Shown here piece after piece: positions 63,107 through 64,000 of a stretch of 64,000 nucleotides of DNA. A model generated the notes under the pieces. That model was not told the origin of the DNA. It did not search any database and saw only the letters and a program-made list of their open reading frames with translations. The DNA is taken from positions 79,732,001-79,796,000 of the forward strand of contig JAGIQG010000005.1 of the NCBI GenBank assembly GCA_024679065.1, in the 5' to 3' direction. Every line of letters begins with the position of its first letter. Positions within the stretch are counted from its first letter, which is position 1. Source of the DNA: Sphyrna mokarran. Taxonomy: Eukaryota. The position numbers and the translations under genes were made by a program.

Positions 63107-64000
63107 TGAAACATTTTGGGGAGGATTTTGCCATTATTAAATCAAAATAAATAGGAAATGATTCTTGAATTACATTTACTCTAAGATCCAAATTTAAATC
63201 CTCAGTTCTCCTGACCCTTAACTATTCTATCCCCTACAATGCGTTTGGTGACAAAGCTTCCTGCAGTCGTAAAATTTCACCCTATAATCCTCCTCTTAAC
63301 CCTCTCTAGTTTGGAGAGCATGATACACAATTGAGGTCTGAAAGATTCAGAATAGAAATAGTAAAATATCTTGTTTGGTCGGAATGCAATCACTCAAAAA
63401 TTATGAGGGATGTGTATGTCTGTTCTGAAAATTTTAGTTGTGGAATAGTCAACATCTGCGTTATTGTGAGCTTGTTTTTTTTCCCTGAGGTAAGCTGCTT
63501 CAATGAGCAAGGTGCTTCAGATATAATCTATTATACCCATGTTGCTACATGAAGGACACTGTAAAAATGCAGGTTGTCACATAATCTGCTTCCAACTGAA
63601 TATGACTGGCTGACATTTTGGAAATGAGTTCAACATGGGAAGAAGATCAGAAAGGAACAGTGAAGAAGTAAGTCTTTCAGCAATAAGGCTATAGTTGTAC
63701 AGTTGATGTTGTAGCTGTATGATTATACTTCAAATCCTGTCTATTAGGGAAGATTAATCTGAATGTTTTTCATATAAACTTTGACAATCCTGCAAATTTT
63801 AGGAAGATCTGAAGTGGCTAAGTGATGATTTTCTTTGGAAAAAAAAATGACTCCATAAACTAAGTAGCTTACTTTGTGTCAAAGGAACACATGAATAATT
63901 TGTTCTTTTAATGCTGTGATGTAATATTTTGTACTTTGGGCATTATTCGTTTTAATTGCCAGATAAGTTGGAAGTCTCGGCTGCTCAGCACAGCTTCAAA

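Overview
Vertebrate, repeat-rich, mostly non-coding DNA. It is most likely from a shark or other elasmobranch, inferred from the repeat repertoire: CR1-clade LINEs with (TTCTATG)n-type tails, HE1/V-SINEs, a Deu-domain SINE and Penelope-like elements. Every long ORF I can interpret is a fragment of a non-LTR retrotransposon (CR1, L2, Tx1, Rex1/Babar), and none is intact. There are several nested CR1-in-CR1 insertions with readable TSDs, two related solo LTRs, and a CpG-rich promoter-like region at about 31.4-32.0 kb, but I could not name a host gene. The most striking signal is a set of short Penelope-derived insertions carrying minimal type I hammerhead ribozyme motifs with covarying helices. 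One of these is a near-perfect 263-bp fold-back (129-bp arms, 5-nt spacer, 12-bp TSD) at 48.6-48.9 kb. A cluster of apparent templated-repair scars lies at 57.0-63.1 kb. Boundaries of old repeats are approximate, and family names come from motif recognition, not database searches.
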